The notes under the pieces are model-generated. The model did not search any database, had not been told where the DNA came from, and saw nothing but the letters and a program-made list of their open reading frames with translations. Below are positions 11,591-24,233 of a stretch of 64,000 nucleotides of DNA, piece by piece. This DNA comes from Macrostomum hystrix (taxonomy: Eukaryota; Animalia; Platyhelminthes), in assembly GCA_950097015.1 (NCBI GenBank), contig CATNEN010000041.1:62001-126000 (forward strand), read 5' to 3'. The translations under genes and the position numbers were made by a program. Position 1 is the first letter of the stretch. The number at the start of each line of letters is the position of its first letter.

Positions 11591-14500
11591 ATGACTCAGT
11601 CCATTCCAATTAAATTTCAAGAACACTTTCAGGTGAGAGCAGTTAAATTTACCATACATAACGAAACAATTTCACACGTGTTCTTGTTGACATTAATGCG
11701 CGCCAATCATTATTTAAAATTGTTATTTAATGTAAACCTACTGTTTGAATACAAAGCTTCTGTTAGGTAATCTAATTTGTAGTACTTAATCACAATGTGA
11801 TGTGATTTAATAATAATTGCTTGATTCTTGAGCAACCAACCAACGTTAGCTTTAGTGTTTTTCTATGGGTAAACCTTGCTCTCTGCAATATTACTTTACA
11901 TTTTGCACTTGGCCTAACATACACTTTGGTAGTGAGAGTAAGCAAACAAGATTTTGTATTGAGCTAGACTATTATAGTTACAGTATTGACATGACTAGTG
12001 GGTCTGTACATATTGAATAACATAGTGGCAATTTTGCAGTTCATTTTGCAAAAATTTGAAAAATTGAAAATGAACTAGCATCAAGCATGCACAAACAAAG
12101 CACTTATGCTAGGCATTCTAGCCAGTTATAGCACTAAATTTATTCACAGTAGATAATAATGTGTAATCCAGAAAAGAATTGTATCAAACACATTGTTAGG
12201 GTATAGCTGCTGCCATAGGAACTCTTCTGAGTGAAGAATGCTCTAGAATTTTCACTTTGTAATGGCCCACAAGCTCTCAAATATGTTTTTATGCCTTAAA
12301 AAACAAATTTAATTTTTAGCATTTTTTCACATTTTTTAACAAACTTGTCACACTTGTCATGTTTTAAAAATCACATCCAATTGTTTCATATATTTATTTA
12401 TTTATATTTTTTTTATGAAAAATTATTAGTTAATGCTTGTTGCACTTCTTAGTAAAACTAGAGGGGTTTGTCACACATTTTAGACCACTGCCTACAAATC
12501 AATATAGGCACATAGCTTTTAATGGCACATGTAAGTGGAGATTTAAAGAAAGCTATCACATTAAGTAAACTCAGACTGTTGGTAAACTCAAACTCAGATT
12601 GTCTCGTTGCATTTTATCACTATGAAAACAAAAAAATACTGCATGCCTGTCGCAATTTCCTCACTGCCCTGCACACCCAGCTGCAAAATGTGGGCATCAA
12701 CAATGCCAGCATCGGCTTCTCCACCCTCACCATGGAGTCTGACCGGTTCATCTGTGTGCGCGAGAAGGTTGGTGAAACCGCCCAGGTGGTGATCGTGGAC
12801 TTGCAGGATCACAAGAACCCAACCAGGCGGCCAATCTCAGCCGACAGCGCCATCATGAACCCTGTGAGCAAGGTCATCGCCCTGAAGGCCGGCCGCAATC
12901 TGCAGATATTCAACCTGGAGCTGAAGTCAAAGATGAAGTCGCACAACATGCCGGAGGATGTACTATTCTGGCGCTGGATCACCGTCAACACCATCGGCAT
13001 GGTGACTGAGGGCGCCGTCTATCACTGGAGTCTAGAGGGTGACCAGGGACCCACGAAGATACTGGACAGGTAGCATTCTCAGTTGATTGCTCAATCAGGC
13101 CGACAGAAACTAATTAGCCAAACTCACACCTGGCTTTCCAGGCATGCATCCATGACCGGCTGTCAGGTGATCAACTACCGGTGCGACAGCTCTCAGAAGT
13201 GGTCCCTGCTGGTTGGCATCAGCGCCCAGGGCGGCCGAGTGGCCGGCGCCATGCAGCTATACTCTGTCGAGCGCCGCGTCTCCCAGCCAATCGAAGGCCA
13301 CGCCGGCGTGTTTGTTGACTTCCGCATGGACGGCAACTCGCAGTCCTCCAGCCTGTTCTGCTTCGCCAATAGGGGCCTCCAGGCAGCCAAGCTGCACATC
13401 ATCGAGCTGGGACAGCCGCAGTCTGGTTTGTATTTTTACCAGTCTTTGTCCCAGTGTTTGATCAGTCTTTATCCCACCTACTTGACTAGTCTTGATCCCG
13501 CTACTTATCAGTTTTATTCCGCCAGTCTTTATTTCACAATAGTTATCAGTATTTCGTATATTCGGTCAGCATTTGTCTCACTGTTATTTAAATCTTTTCG
13601 TACTTTTTGAAGCATAAATCCGATGACAACTATTTTTCCTTATGTTTCCGTCCCTAGGCAACCAGCCTTATCCAAAAAAGCAGGTGGATCTGTTTTTCCC
13701 ACCCGAGGCCGCCTCAGACTTCCCTGTGGCTCTGCAGGCCTCCTCCAAGCACGGCATCGCCTACCTGGTGACCAAATACGGCTACATCCACCTGTACGAC
13801 CTGGACACTGCCACCTGTCTGTACATGAACCGCATCAGCAGCGAGACCATCTTTGTCAGCGTGCCGCACGATGCCACAGGCGGCATCATGGGGGTCAATA
13901 GGAAGGGCCAGGTGCTCAGCGTGTGCCTGGATGAGGACACGGTCGTTGGTGAGTTCAATCTTCAACTGCGTGTGTCCATTTGCCATGCTCATTAGAACAG
14001 AATCTTTACCCCATCGCGCACCGCCCCCCCCCCCAGGCTACGTGACCGGCAACCTGCAGAACCCGGACCTGGCCCTCAAGCTGGCCAGCCGAGTCGGCCT
14101 TCCCGGCGCCGACGATCTGTTTCTACGCAAGTTCAACTCGCTGTTCCAGCAGGGCAACTACACCGAGGCGGCCAGGGTGGCGGCCAACGCGCCCAAGGGC
14201 ATCCTGCGCACGCCGCAGACAATTCAGCGCTTCCAGCAGGTGCCCGTGCAGCCTGGCAGCCCCGCACCGCTGCTGCAGTACTTCACCACCCTGCTGGACC
14301 AGGGCCAGCTGAATCGCTACGAAAGTCTGGAGCTCTGCCGCCCAGTGCTGCAGCAGGGCCGCAAGCAGGTGGTGGAGAAGTGGCTGAAGGAGGACAAACT
14401 GGAGTGCTCCGAGGAGCTGGGCGATCTCGTCAAGATTCACGATCCCACCCTGGCGCTCAGCGTCTACCTGAGGGCCAGCGCGCCGCACAAGGTCATCCAG

Positions 14501-17500
14501 TGCTTCGCCGAGACCGGCCAGTTCCAGAAGATTGTGCTGTACGCCAAGAAGGTCGGCTACACGCCTGACTATGTGTTCCTGCTCAGGAACCTCATGCGGA
14601 TCAGTCACGACCAGGGGCTGCAGTTCGCCCAGATGCTGGTGCAGGACGACGAGCCACTGGCCGATATCAACCAGGTCAGGATTGGCTGCTTCTGGGAACG
14701 TTTAGGGGATTACAGATTGTCATATATGGGATCACAGCTGACTGACATGGGATCACAACTGACTGACATGGGATCACAGCTGACTGACATGGGATCACAA
14801 CTGACTGACATGGGATCACAGCTGACTGACATGGGATCACAACTGACTGACATGGGATCACAACTGACTGACATGGGATCACAGCTGACTGACATGGGAT
14901 CACAGCTGACTGACATGGGATCACAACTGACTGACATGGGATCACAACTGACTGACATGGGATCACAGCTAACTGACTGACATAAGATCACAACTCACAG
15001 AGAAGTGTAATATTAACTGACAAGTTAGGGACTCCTCACAGAAATTTAGTTACAATGATTAAGATGCAATTGTTTTCGCATGAGTAAGGTGATCAAGGCT
15101 GAATAAACCGAATCCGCTCAGATCGTGGACGTATTCCTGGAGCAAAACCTGGTGCAGCAGTGCACCAGCTTCCTGTTGGACGCGTTGAAGAACAATCGGG
15201 AGAGCGAGGGCCACCTGCAGACCCGCCTGCTGGAGATGAACCTGATGTCGGCGCCGCAGGTGGCTGACGCAATCCTTGGCAACCAGATGTTCTCACACTA
15301 CGACAAGGCGCACATTGCCAGCCTGTGCGAGAAGGCCGGCCTGCTGCAGCGGGCCCTGGAGCACTACACCGACCTGTACGACATCAAGCGGGCCGTTGTG
15401 CACACCCACATGCTCAACCCGGAGTGGCTGGTCAACTACTTTGGCAATCTCAGCGTGGAAGACTCGCTGGAGTGCCTGCGGGCTATGCTGCAGGCCAACA
15501 TCAGACAGAACCTGCAGGTGCGTGGCATTCCGCATCGTGGCTGCGTTACAGCTAGCATTTTACCATTTCTATCCAGATCCTCAGACTGGAATTCCATGCT
15601 CCCAGATCTCCAGACTTAAGTACCATGCTCCAAGATTATCATACTGAAATTCCATGCTCCCAGATCCTCAGACTGGAACTCCATGCTCCCAGATCCTCAG
15701 ACTGGAACTCCATGCTCCCAGATCCTCAGACTGGAGCTCCATGCTCCCAGATCCTTAACCTCAGATTGTAACCCCACCCGCCCACGCACTCCAGGTGTGC
15801 GTTCAAATCGCCTCCAAGTACCATGAGCAGCTGGGCGCCACCGCGCTGATAGAAATCTTCGAGCAGTTCAAGAGCTTCGAGGGTCTGTTCTACTTCCTTG
15901 GCAGCATCGTGAACTTCAGCCAGGATCCGGAGGTGCACTTCAAGTACATCCAGGCCGCCTGCAAGACCTCCCAGTTCAAGGAGGTCGAGCGCATTGTGCG
16001 CGAGTCCAGCGTCTACGAGCCGGAGCGGGTGAAGAACTTCCTGAAGGAGGCCAAGCTGACTGACCAGCTGCCTCTCATCATTGTCTGCGATCGGCACAAC
16101 TTTGTGCACGACCTGGTGCTCTATCTGTACCGCAACAACCTGCAGAAGTACATCGAGATCTACGTGCAGAAGGTGCGCTGGCCTTAAGTCATTATTAATA
16201 TTAGTGTGAGGGCTGTGGGCACTGGCGCATCATTTGGTGACACTAGACCCGCAGCCAGCGAGATGCTGCCCATTCCGCTGACTCCTAAGCAAGCACACGC
16301 ACACAGAGACCGTACGCTGGCATATACTCACATGGGGATCTACATCTGCCCTGACTTTCCCATCATCAGGCAGTGTACACTCTCACTGTGCCTTGGAGAT
16401 TGTACCTAATGGACGTAAATTGCACGACAAACCCCCAGAAATCGCTGTCCTTAATTTTATTATCGTGAGTGTTCAGAGTTAAATTTATATTTCATTTCTT
16501 AAACTGCAACGGAAAATTGTGGCTCGGGGAGTGAGCAACAGAAAAATGTGCCGGGCACCGGGTCACTGGACACAGGCTGAATTCGCAGTGCCGTTGCTAC
16601 TGGCTTTGCCAATTCAGCAATTGCTGCTGCTAGAAGAATTCGGCGCGAGTGACTGCGCGTACAGCGCAGGCTAGGCTGCTGCAATCTGAGATCTCGGCTG
16701 ATAAGGCCAGTGATATTGGCCCCCTGCGGCCCCGCTAAGCCGTGAAATTGAGACAGCAGGGAGGGAGGGGGGTACCGGGCAGGCCAGAGAGAAAAGTGAA
16801 ATTCGAAAGCGAATTTGAAATCCAAGGCTCAGGCCTGGCCCAGCCTTATCTGCGGGCCCGGATCTCTCGCTCACTCAGTGGAGTGCAGTTCATGCATTAT
16901 GCAGTGCTGGGTGGCGGCAGCTACGCAGTTATGCAGGCAGTCAGATAGAGCAGACAGCTAATGCAACTCACAGGCCGCTCAGTCTTTACTAAGTTTGACA
17001 CCATTTTTCGTTTCGTTTTTTTCTTTAACAGAAACCTTTTTTACAAAGCTTTCTTTACTGAAGAAGTAAAGCAAAAAAATTAAGGCTATGCTACACATCC
17101 TTTGTGCTAAATTACCGAATCAACGAGAGACAAGGAAAGTTTTCGGTCTGAAATGAATCCATCAGCTTAATGATCGTATTCTGCCACTACCAGTTCCGAG
17201 TTTAGAACCATGCGTGCTCGAGCTCGGAATTGCTCGAACAGTTGTCTTCACAGGCAATCGGCGCGGAACACATGATTGTACGTGTTGGAACCGCTTGTTA
17301 CTTCAAGGATGTGTGCAAGATCTCAGACCCAAAAAATCTTTACTGCCCCAAAGCCGAGTTTAACTGCCTGATTTGTAGTGTTTATACAACTGCAAAAACT
17401 CGCATTTACCTACTGAGAAATCAGTCTCAGTAGTGTAGCTAGAGTTCTGCTCCTAAATATATTTTGTTCAATATTCCACAAATGTGCCAATTATGTTCAG

Positions 17501-20500
17501 GTAAACCCTAGCCGCCTGCCGGCTGTTGTCGGCGGCCTCCTGGACGTTGACTGCGCCGACGATGTAGTGAAGCAGCTAATCCTGGTGGTCCGCGGCCAAT
17601 TCGACACCGACGAGCTGGTGGCCGAGGTTGAGAAGCGCAACCGCCTGAAGCTGCTGCTGCCCTGGCTGGAGGCTCGCGTGCACGACGGCTCGCAGGAGCC
17701 GGCCACGCACAACGCCCTGGCCAAGATCTACATCGATGCCAACAACAATCCGGAGCGCTTCCTGCGGGAGAACAAGTTCTACGACTCCAAGGTCATCGGA
17801 AAGTGAGTTCGGCATATACTACTTTTTGGAAAACTCATCAGTAGTGTGTAGTGCTTTTGAAAGAGTTGCAACGAATAGGTGAGGAATGATTTTTAGTTGT
17901 TGACTAGGGGGACATTCGATTGTGACTACTTAAAGTAGCTTTCTAGTAGTGATCTAGAAGCTTAACTGAAAAACGTCTCCCGCTTTCGCCCCCCAAGGTA
18001 CACAGAGAAGCGGGATCCCCACCTGGCCTGCGTGGCCTACGAGCGAGGCCAGTGCGACGACGAGCTGATCCTGGTGTGCAACGAGAACTCGCTGTTTAAG
18101 TCCCAGGCCAGGTACCTGGTGCGCCGGCGAGACGAGACCCTGTGGGCCAGGGTGCTGGATCTGGAAAATCCCTACCGGCGACAGCTCATTGACCAGGTGA
18201 GGCCAGCTGGCTTACTCTCATGACCTCGTGTTGTTTGCTTAAATGATTTTTTATTTGAATATTGCATCTTCTGTCACCTGTGACACATTTACACACGTAA
18301 CACTGTTCCACACGACCAGTGTCTCTATCTCACCGGTTTCTCAATCTCACCGGTTTCTCAATCTCACCGGTTTCTCAATCCTACCAGTTTCTTAATTTCA
18401 CCGGTTTCTCAATCGGTATCTCTCGTTTCCCTATCCCGCTAATATATTTTATTCTAGTGTCTCTATCCTACCTGTGTGTCTATCCTATCTGTGTGTCTAT
18501 CCTATCTGTGTGTCTATCCTACCTGTGTGTCTATCCTATCTGTGTGTCTATCCTATCTGTGTGTCTATCCTATCTGTGTGTCTATCCTATCTGTGTGTCT
18601 ATCCTACCTGTGTGTCTATCCTATCTGTGTGTCTATCCTATCTGTGTGTCTATCCTATCTGTGTGTCTATCCTACCTGTGTGTCTATCCTACCTGTCTCC
18701 TACCTCTATTGCATGCCACTTCCCCATACCAACCAGCCTGTCCTTCGTCACTCTTGAGTCCCTCTCTCCAATGTGACCAGTGCCAACCCTCCCGCCATGA
18801 CTCGCAGGTGGTGCAGACCGCCCTCTCGGAGACCAGCGACGCCGACGAGATCTCCGCTGCCGTCAAAGCCTTCATGGCTGCCGACCTGCCCAGTGAGCTG
18901 CTGGAGCTGTTGGAGAAGATCGTCCTGGACAACACGGTGTTCTCAGATCACCGCAACCTGCAGAACCTGCTCATCCTGACGGCCGTGAAGGCCGACAGCA
19001 GTCGCGTGATGGACTACGTTACCAAGCTGGATAACTTCGACGCTCCAGAGATCGCCCAGATCGCCGTCTCCAACGGCCTATTCGAGGAGGCGTTCACCGT
19101 GTACAAGAAATTCGACGCCAACGAGAATGCCATCCGGGTGCTCATTGAAAACGTGCGCAGCCTGGACCGCGCCTACGAATTCGCCGAGAAGTGCAACGAG
19201 CCCGCTGTCTGGTCCCTGCTGGCCAACGCTCAGCTTGCCGAAAGCTTCGTCAAGGAGGCCATCGACAGCTTCATCAAGGCCAACGATCCCAGCTGCTATG
19301 TTGAGGTGGGAGCGGCTGCTGTTGGATTTTGAAGTGGGGATAACTCAGGCTCTCAGGGGCTGGGGATAAATGGAACTCTCAAGGGCTGGGGACAACTCAG
19401 GCTCTCAGGGGCTGGGGATAAATGGAACTCTCAAGGGCTGGGGATAACTCAGGCTCTCAGGGGCTGGGGATAACTCAGGCTCTCAGGGGCTGGGGATAAC
19501 TCAGGCTCTTAGGGGCTGGGGGAAAACTCAGGCTCTCAGTGGCTGGGGATAACTCAGGCTCTCAGGGGCTGGGGATAACTCAGGCTCTCAGGGGCTGGGG
19601 ATAACTCAGGCTCTCAGGGGCTGCGGATAAATCAGGCTCTCAGGGGCTGGGGATAACTGGAACTCTCAGGGGCTGGAGATAAATGGAACTCTCAGGGGCT
19701 GGGGATAAATGGGACTCTCAGGGGCTGGGGATAACTGGAACTCTCAGGGGCTGGAGATAAATGGAACTCTCAGGGGCTGGGGATAAATGGGACTCTCTGG
19801 GGCTGGGGATAAATGGGACTCTCAGGGGCTGGGGATAAATGGGACTCTCAGGGGCTGGGGATAACTGGGACTCTCAGGGGCTGGGGATAACTGGGGGCTC
19901 TCAAGCACTAGGGATAACTGGGGCTCTAAAAAGCTGGGGATAAATGGCGCTCTGAAGTACTTTTGGATAATTAGGGCTTTCAAGCACTGGGGATAACTGG
20001 AGTCTCAAGCACTGGGGATAACTGGGGCTCTGAAGTACTTTTGGATAATTAGGGCTTTCAAGCACTCCGGATAAATGGGGCTCTCAAAGGCTTGGGATAT
20101 CTGGGACTCTGAAAGACTTTAGGAAATTTTGTGTCACAAATGAGCAGAAAATATGCCACCTGTTTTCCAAAAACTTCGGGATCGGATTTGACTTTGCAGG
20201 TCGTTCGCGTTGCCGGCGAGACGCAGCACTGGGAGGACCTGGTCCGCTTCCTGCAGATGGCCCGCAAGAAGGCCAAGGAGCCGTTCGTTGAGACCGAGCT
20301 GGTGTTCGCCTACGCCAAGACCGGTCGCCTGGCCGACTTGGAGGAGTACATCAACTCGCCCAACCACGCCAAGATTGCCGATGTGGCCGACCGCTGCTTC
20401 GACCAGCAGATGTACGAGGCGGCCAAAGTGCTGTACAGCAATGTGTCCAACTATGCCCGTCTGGCCATCACCCTGGTCAAGCTGGGCGAGTTCCAGAGCG

Positions 20501-23500
20501 CTGTGGAGTCTGCCAGGAAGGCCAACTCGACCAGGACCTGGAAGGAGGTGAGCCTCAGTAGATAAATGTGGTAGATTACAGCCTCAGTAGATAGATGTGG
20601 TAGATAACAGCCTCAGTAGATAGATGTGGTAGATAACAGCCTCAGTAGATAGATGTGGTAGATCACAGCCTCAGTAGATAGATGTGGTAGATTACAGCCT
20701 CAGTAGATAGATGTGGTAGATCACAGCCTCAGTAGATAGATGTGGTAGATCACAGCCTCAGTAGATAGATGTGGTAGATTACAGCCTCAGTAGATAGATG
20801 TGGTAGATTACAGCCTCAGTAGATAGATGTGTTAGATTACAGCCTCAGTAGATAGATGTGGTAGATAACAGCCTCAGTAGATAGATGTGGTAGATCACAG
20901 CCTCAGTAGATAGATGTGGTAGATCACAGCCTCAGTAGATAGATGTGGTAGATTACAGCCTCAGTAGATAGATGTGGTAGATTACAGCCTCAGTAGATAG
21001 ATGTGGTAGATTACAGCCTCAGTAGATAGATGCTGTAGATTACAGCCTCAGTAGATAGATGCTGTAGATTACAGCCTCAGTAGATAGATGCTGTAGATTT
21101 CAGGTCACTAATGCCGTCGGGTTTCTATCCAAACTTGAGCCGCTAGCTGGCAGTCAGGCTACTGACTGACTCGGCTTCAAATTGCGGCTTAAAGAATTTC
21201 TCGAAACCCAGAGCAGGTCAAGCAGCTGCCGTAAATCAAACCTGCCGCTCTGGTTAAATAACTTGACAGTGGCAGGATCAAATCGGCATCAACAGACTTT
21301 TTGTGCATTCATTTCGCTTTAAACGCACCCTGTTAGGGTCAACAGGTATACAGACACCCAATATCAACAGGTAGACAGACTCCCAATATCAACAGGTAGA
21401 CAGACTCCCAAAATCAACAGGTAGACAGACTCCCAAAATCAACAGGTAGACAGACTCCCAAAATCAACAGGTAGACAGACTCCCAATATCAACAGGTAGA
21501 CAGACACCCAATATCAACAGGTAGACAGACTCCCAATATCAACAGGTAGACAGACACCCAATATCAACAGGTAGACAGACTCCCAATATCAACAGGTAGA
21601 CAGACTCCCAATATCAACAGGTAGACAGACTCCCAATATCAACAGGTAGACAGGCACCCAATATCAACAGGTAGACAGACTCCCAATATCAACAGGTAAA
21701 CAGACACCCCTGACAAACAGGTTTGCAGACACCCCTGACAGACATCCCGAATCTAGACTGCCATCGCCGCCCTCAACCCACCCAGGTGTGCTTCTCCTGC
21801 CTGGAAGCTGGCGAGAGTCGCTTAGCCCAGGTGTGCGGCCTGAACATCATCATCCACGCCGATGAGTTGGAGGAGCTGCTGAACTTCTACTCCACCCGTG
21901 GCCTGTTTGATGAGCTGATGTCGCTGCTGGAGGCTGGACTGGGCCTGGACCGTGCTCACATGGGGCTGTTCACGGAGCTGGCCGTGCTGTACAGCAGGCA
22001 CCGGCCAGCCAGGCTGCGCGAGCACCTGGAGCTGTTCTGGTCCCGCATCAACATACCGAAAGTGCTGCGGGCGGCTGAGCAGGCCCACCTGTGGTCCGAG
22101 CTGGTGTTCCTCTATGACAAGTACGAGGAGTTTGACAATGCCGTCATCGCCATGATGCAGCACCCCACAGAGGCCTGGCGAGAGGCATTCTTCAAGGACA
22201 TGATCGGCAAGGTGGCCAATGTAGAGCTCTACTATCGGGCCGTGAAGTTCTACCTGGAGTACAAGCCTATGCTGCTTAACGATCTGCTGCAGGTGAGCTG
22301 AACATGTTCTCTGAACTGTAGCTTTGTCCTTTAAGCCCCACTGAACAAAATTTGTTGGAGATCCCAAATTATCCCATCCCGCAGGTGATGATTCCCCGCC
22401 TGGACCACACGCGCACCGTCAGCTACTTCACCAAGGAGGGCAAGCTGGCCATGGTGAAGCCCTACCTCAAGCAGGTTCAGCAGGTGAATAACAAGCAGGT
22501 GAATGAGGCCCTGAACTCGCTGTACATCCAGGAGGAGGACTTCCAGAGTCTGCGCGCCTCAATCGATGCGTTCAGCAACTTTGATAACATCGGCCTGGCG
22601 CAGAAGTGCGAGAAGCACGAGCTGTTGGAGTTCCGCCGCATCGCTGCGCTGCTGTACAAGAGCAACAACCGGTTCGGCCAGAGCGTGGAGCTGTGCAAGC
22701 GCGACCGCCTGTACAAGGACGCCATGCAGTTCGCCTCCGACTCCAAGGACCCCGAGCTGGCCTCCGCCTTGCTGCAGTGGTTTGTTGATGAGCGCCTGCC
22801 GCAGTGCTTCGCAGCCTGTCTGTACCAGTGTTACGACCTGCTCAAACCCGACCGCGTCATGGAGCTGGCCTGGCGCTACGGCCTCATCGACTTCGCCATG
22901 CCATTCCTCATCCAGGTCATGGCTGAGACCCAGAACCGCCTTGACAAGCTTGAGCAGGCCGAGGCGGTGCGCGCTGAGCAGGATGAGCAGGCCGTGGCAG
23001 AGCCTAGTCCCATTGTGATGCCAGGTGAGTGTCTGATCCCATTGTGATGCCAGGTGAGTGTCTGATCCCATTGTGATGCCAGGTGAGTGTCGGATCCCAT
23101 TGTGACGCCAAGTGAGTGTCGGATCCCATTGTGATGCCAGGTGAGTGTCGGATCCCATTGTGATGCCAGGTGAGTGTCGGATCCCATTGTGACGCCAAGT
23201 GAGTGTCTGATCCCATTGTGACGCCAAGTGAGTGTCTGATCCCATTGTGACGCCAAGTGAGTGTCTGATCCCATTGTGATGCCAGGTGAGTGTCTGATCC
23301 CATTGTGATGCCAGGTGAGTGTCTGATCCCATTGTGATGCCAGGTGAGTGTCTGATCCCATTGTGATGCCAGGTGAGTGTCTGATCCCATTGTGATGCCA
23401 GGTGAGTGTCTGATCCCATTGTGATGCCAGGTGAGTGTCTGATCCCATTGTGATGCCAGGTGAGTGTCTGATCCCATTGTGATGCCAGGTGAGTGTCTGA

Positions 23501-24233
23501 TCCCATTGTGATGCCAGGTGAGTGTCGGATCCCATTGTGATGCCAGGTGAGTGTCGGATCCCATTGTGATGCCAGGTGAGTGTCTGATCCCATTGTGATG
23601 CCAGGTGAGTGTCTGATCCCATTGTGATGCCAGGTGAGTGTCTGATCCCATTGTGATGCCAGGTGAGTGTCTGATCCCATTGTGATGCCAGGTGAGTGTC
23701 TGATCCCATTGTGATGCAAGGTGAGTGTCTGATCCCATTGTGATGCCAGGTAAAAGTCTGATCCCATATCTAAGCTAGGTGCCTAATTCTATCTGCAAAC
23801 TCTGTCTCCATTGATTGCCTGGCTGTCATCCAAACTTCTATCGCCATTTTCTGTGTTGCATCTTTCAACATTCACCTGTTGATCGAAGGCACCTGAATGC
23901 GATCTGAAGGATTTCTGTCAGCCTAGATTGTAGCTGATCCCTTGGGATCTGGGGCACTGAAACGAATCCGGTCGGTCCGAATTATCCGAACACCGGCAGG
24001 ATAAAGACTTTGCCCACAGTTAAAATGCTCATCAGACTGCTGTCAGTAGAAATGCGAGCTAGAATTGCTCAGCAAATTTAATCAGAGATGGTAAGTAAAG
24101 CGCCGGCTCCCTTGCAGCCAATCCGATGCTGATGCTGACCGGCCCGGCCCAGTCCATGATGCCGCCTCCGGTGCCGCCTGGCATGGGCTACCCGGGCGCC
24201 TTCTACGGCGCCGGCATGCCGCCCCAGTTCTGA
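11591..24233 (+). CDS. CLTC: Clathrin heavy chain, 14 coding exons, 1675 aa, intact
   Basis: Exons 11591-11632 ([14 protein letters not shown]), 12681-13069, 13142-13425, 13658-13948, 14037-14674, 15122-15517, 15795-16172, 17501-17802, 17998-18196, 18808-19305, 20200-20547, 21786-22292, 22385-23024, 24118-24233. All GT-AG, phases consistent, sum 5028 nt. Translation follows clathrin heavy chain throughout ([17 protein letters not shown]; [12 protein letters not shown]; [17 protein letters not shown]; C-terminal MLMLT). Confidence 0.98.
14725..14980. repeat. 21-bp minisatellite (ggatcacagctgactgacatg) x about 12 in CLTC intron 5
   Basis: Direct periodicity; reads as (MGSQLTD)n in frame with exon 5. 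Confidence 0.95.
15570..15765. repeat. 29-bp minisatellite (ccatgctcccagatcctcagactggaact), about 6 partly degenerate copies, CLTC intron 6
   Basis: Direct periodicity, most regular at 15650-15750. Confidence 0.85.
16191..16438 (-). mobile_element. 5'-truncated copy of the same SINE in CLTC intron 7
   Basis: Reverse complement matches the 3' two-thirds of 9211-9574 (gacactagacccgcagccagcgag; tacatctgccctgac..tcaggcagtgtacac). Confidence 0.8.
18325..18700. repeat. Two adjacent 17-bp minisatellites (ccggtttctcaatctca x about 4; tatcctatctgtgtgtc x about 13) in CLTC intron 9
   Basis: Direct periodicity. Confidence 0.9.
19334..20110. repeat. 26-bp minisatellite (ggggataactcaggctctcaggggct) x about 29, diverging toward the 3' end, CLTC intron 10
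   Basis: Direct periodicity with progressive unit variants. Confidence 0.9.
20551..21101. repeat. 29-bp minisatellite (agcctcagtagatagatgtggtagattac) x about 19 starting at intron position +4, CLTC intron 11
   Basis: The first unit overlaps the donor GTGAGC at 20548. Confidence 0.95.
21339..21712. repeat. 25-bp minisatellite (atatcaacaggtagacagactccca) x about 15, CLTC intron 11
   Basis: Direct periodicity; each unit contains CAG|GTA. Confidence 0.95.
23009..23766 (+). repeat. 29-bp minisatellite (cccattgtgatgccag-gtgagtgtctgat) x about 26, made of the exon 13 end plus its splice donor
   Basis: The first unit is the last 16 nt of CLTC exon 13 plus the first 13 nt of intron 13. Confidence 0.97.

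Noticed and set aside
20551-23766. CRISPR-like appearance of the 25-29 bp repeats
   Set aside because: Units are directly adjacent with no unique spacers, in eukaryotic introns, and no cas genes are present.
22559-23767. Long minus-strand ORFs ([13 protein letters not shown]...)
   Set aside because: Translations of the 29-bp repeat, antisense to clathrin.
24086-24096. Strong donor-like GTAAGT near the end of clathrin intron 13
   Set aside because: Only 27 nt from the acceptor at 24117, too short for an intron; no supportable micro-exon.
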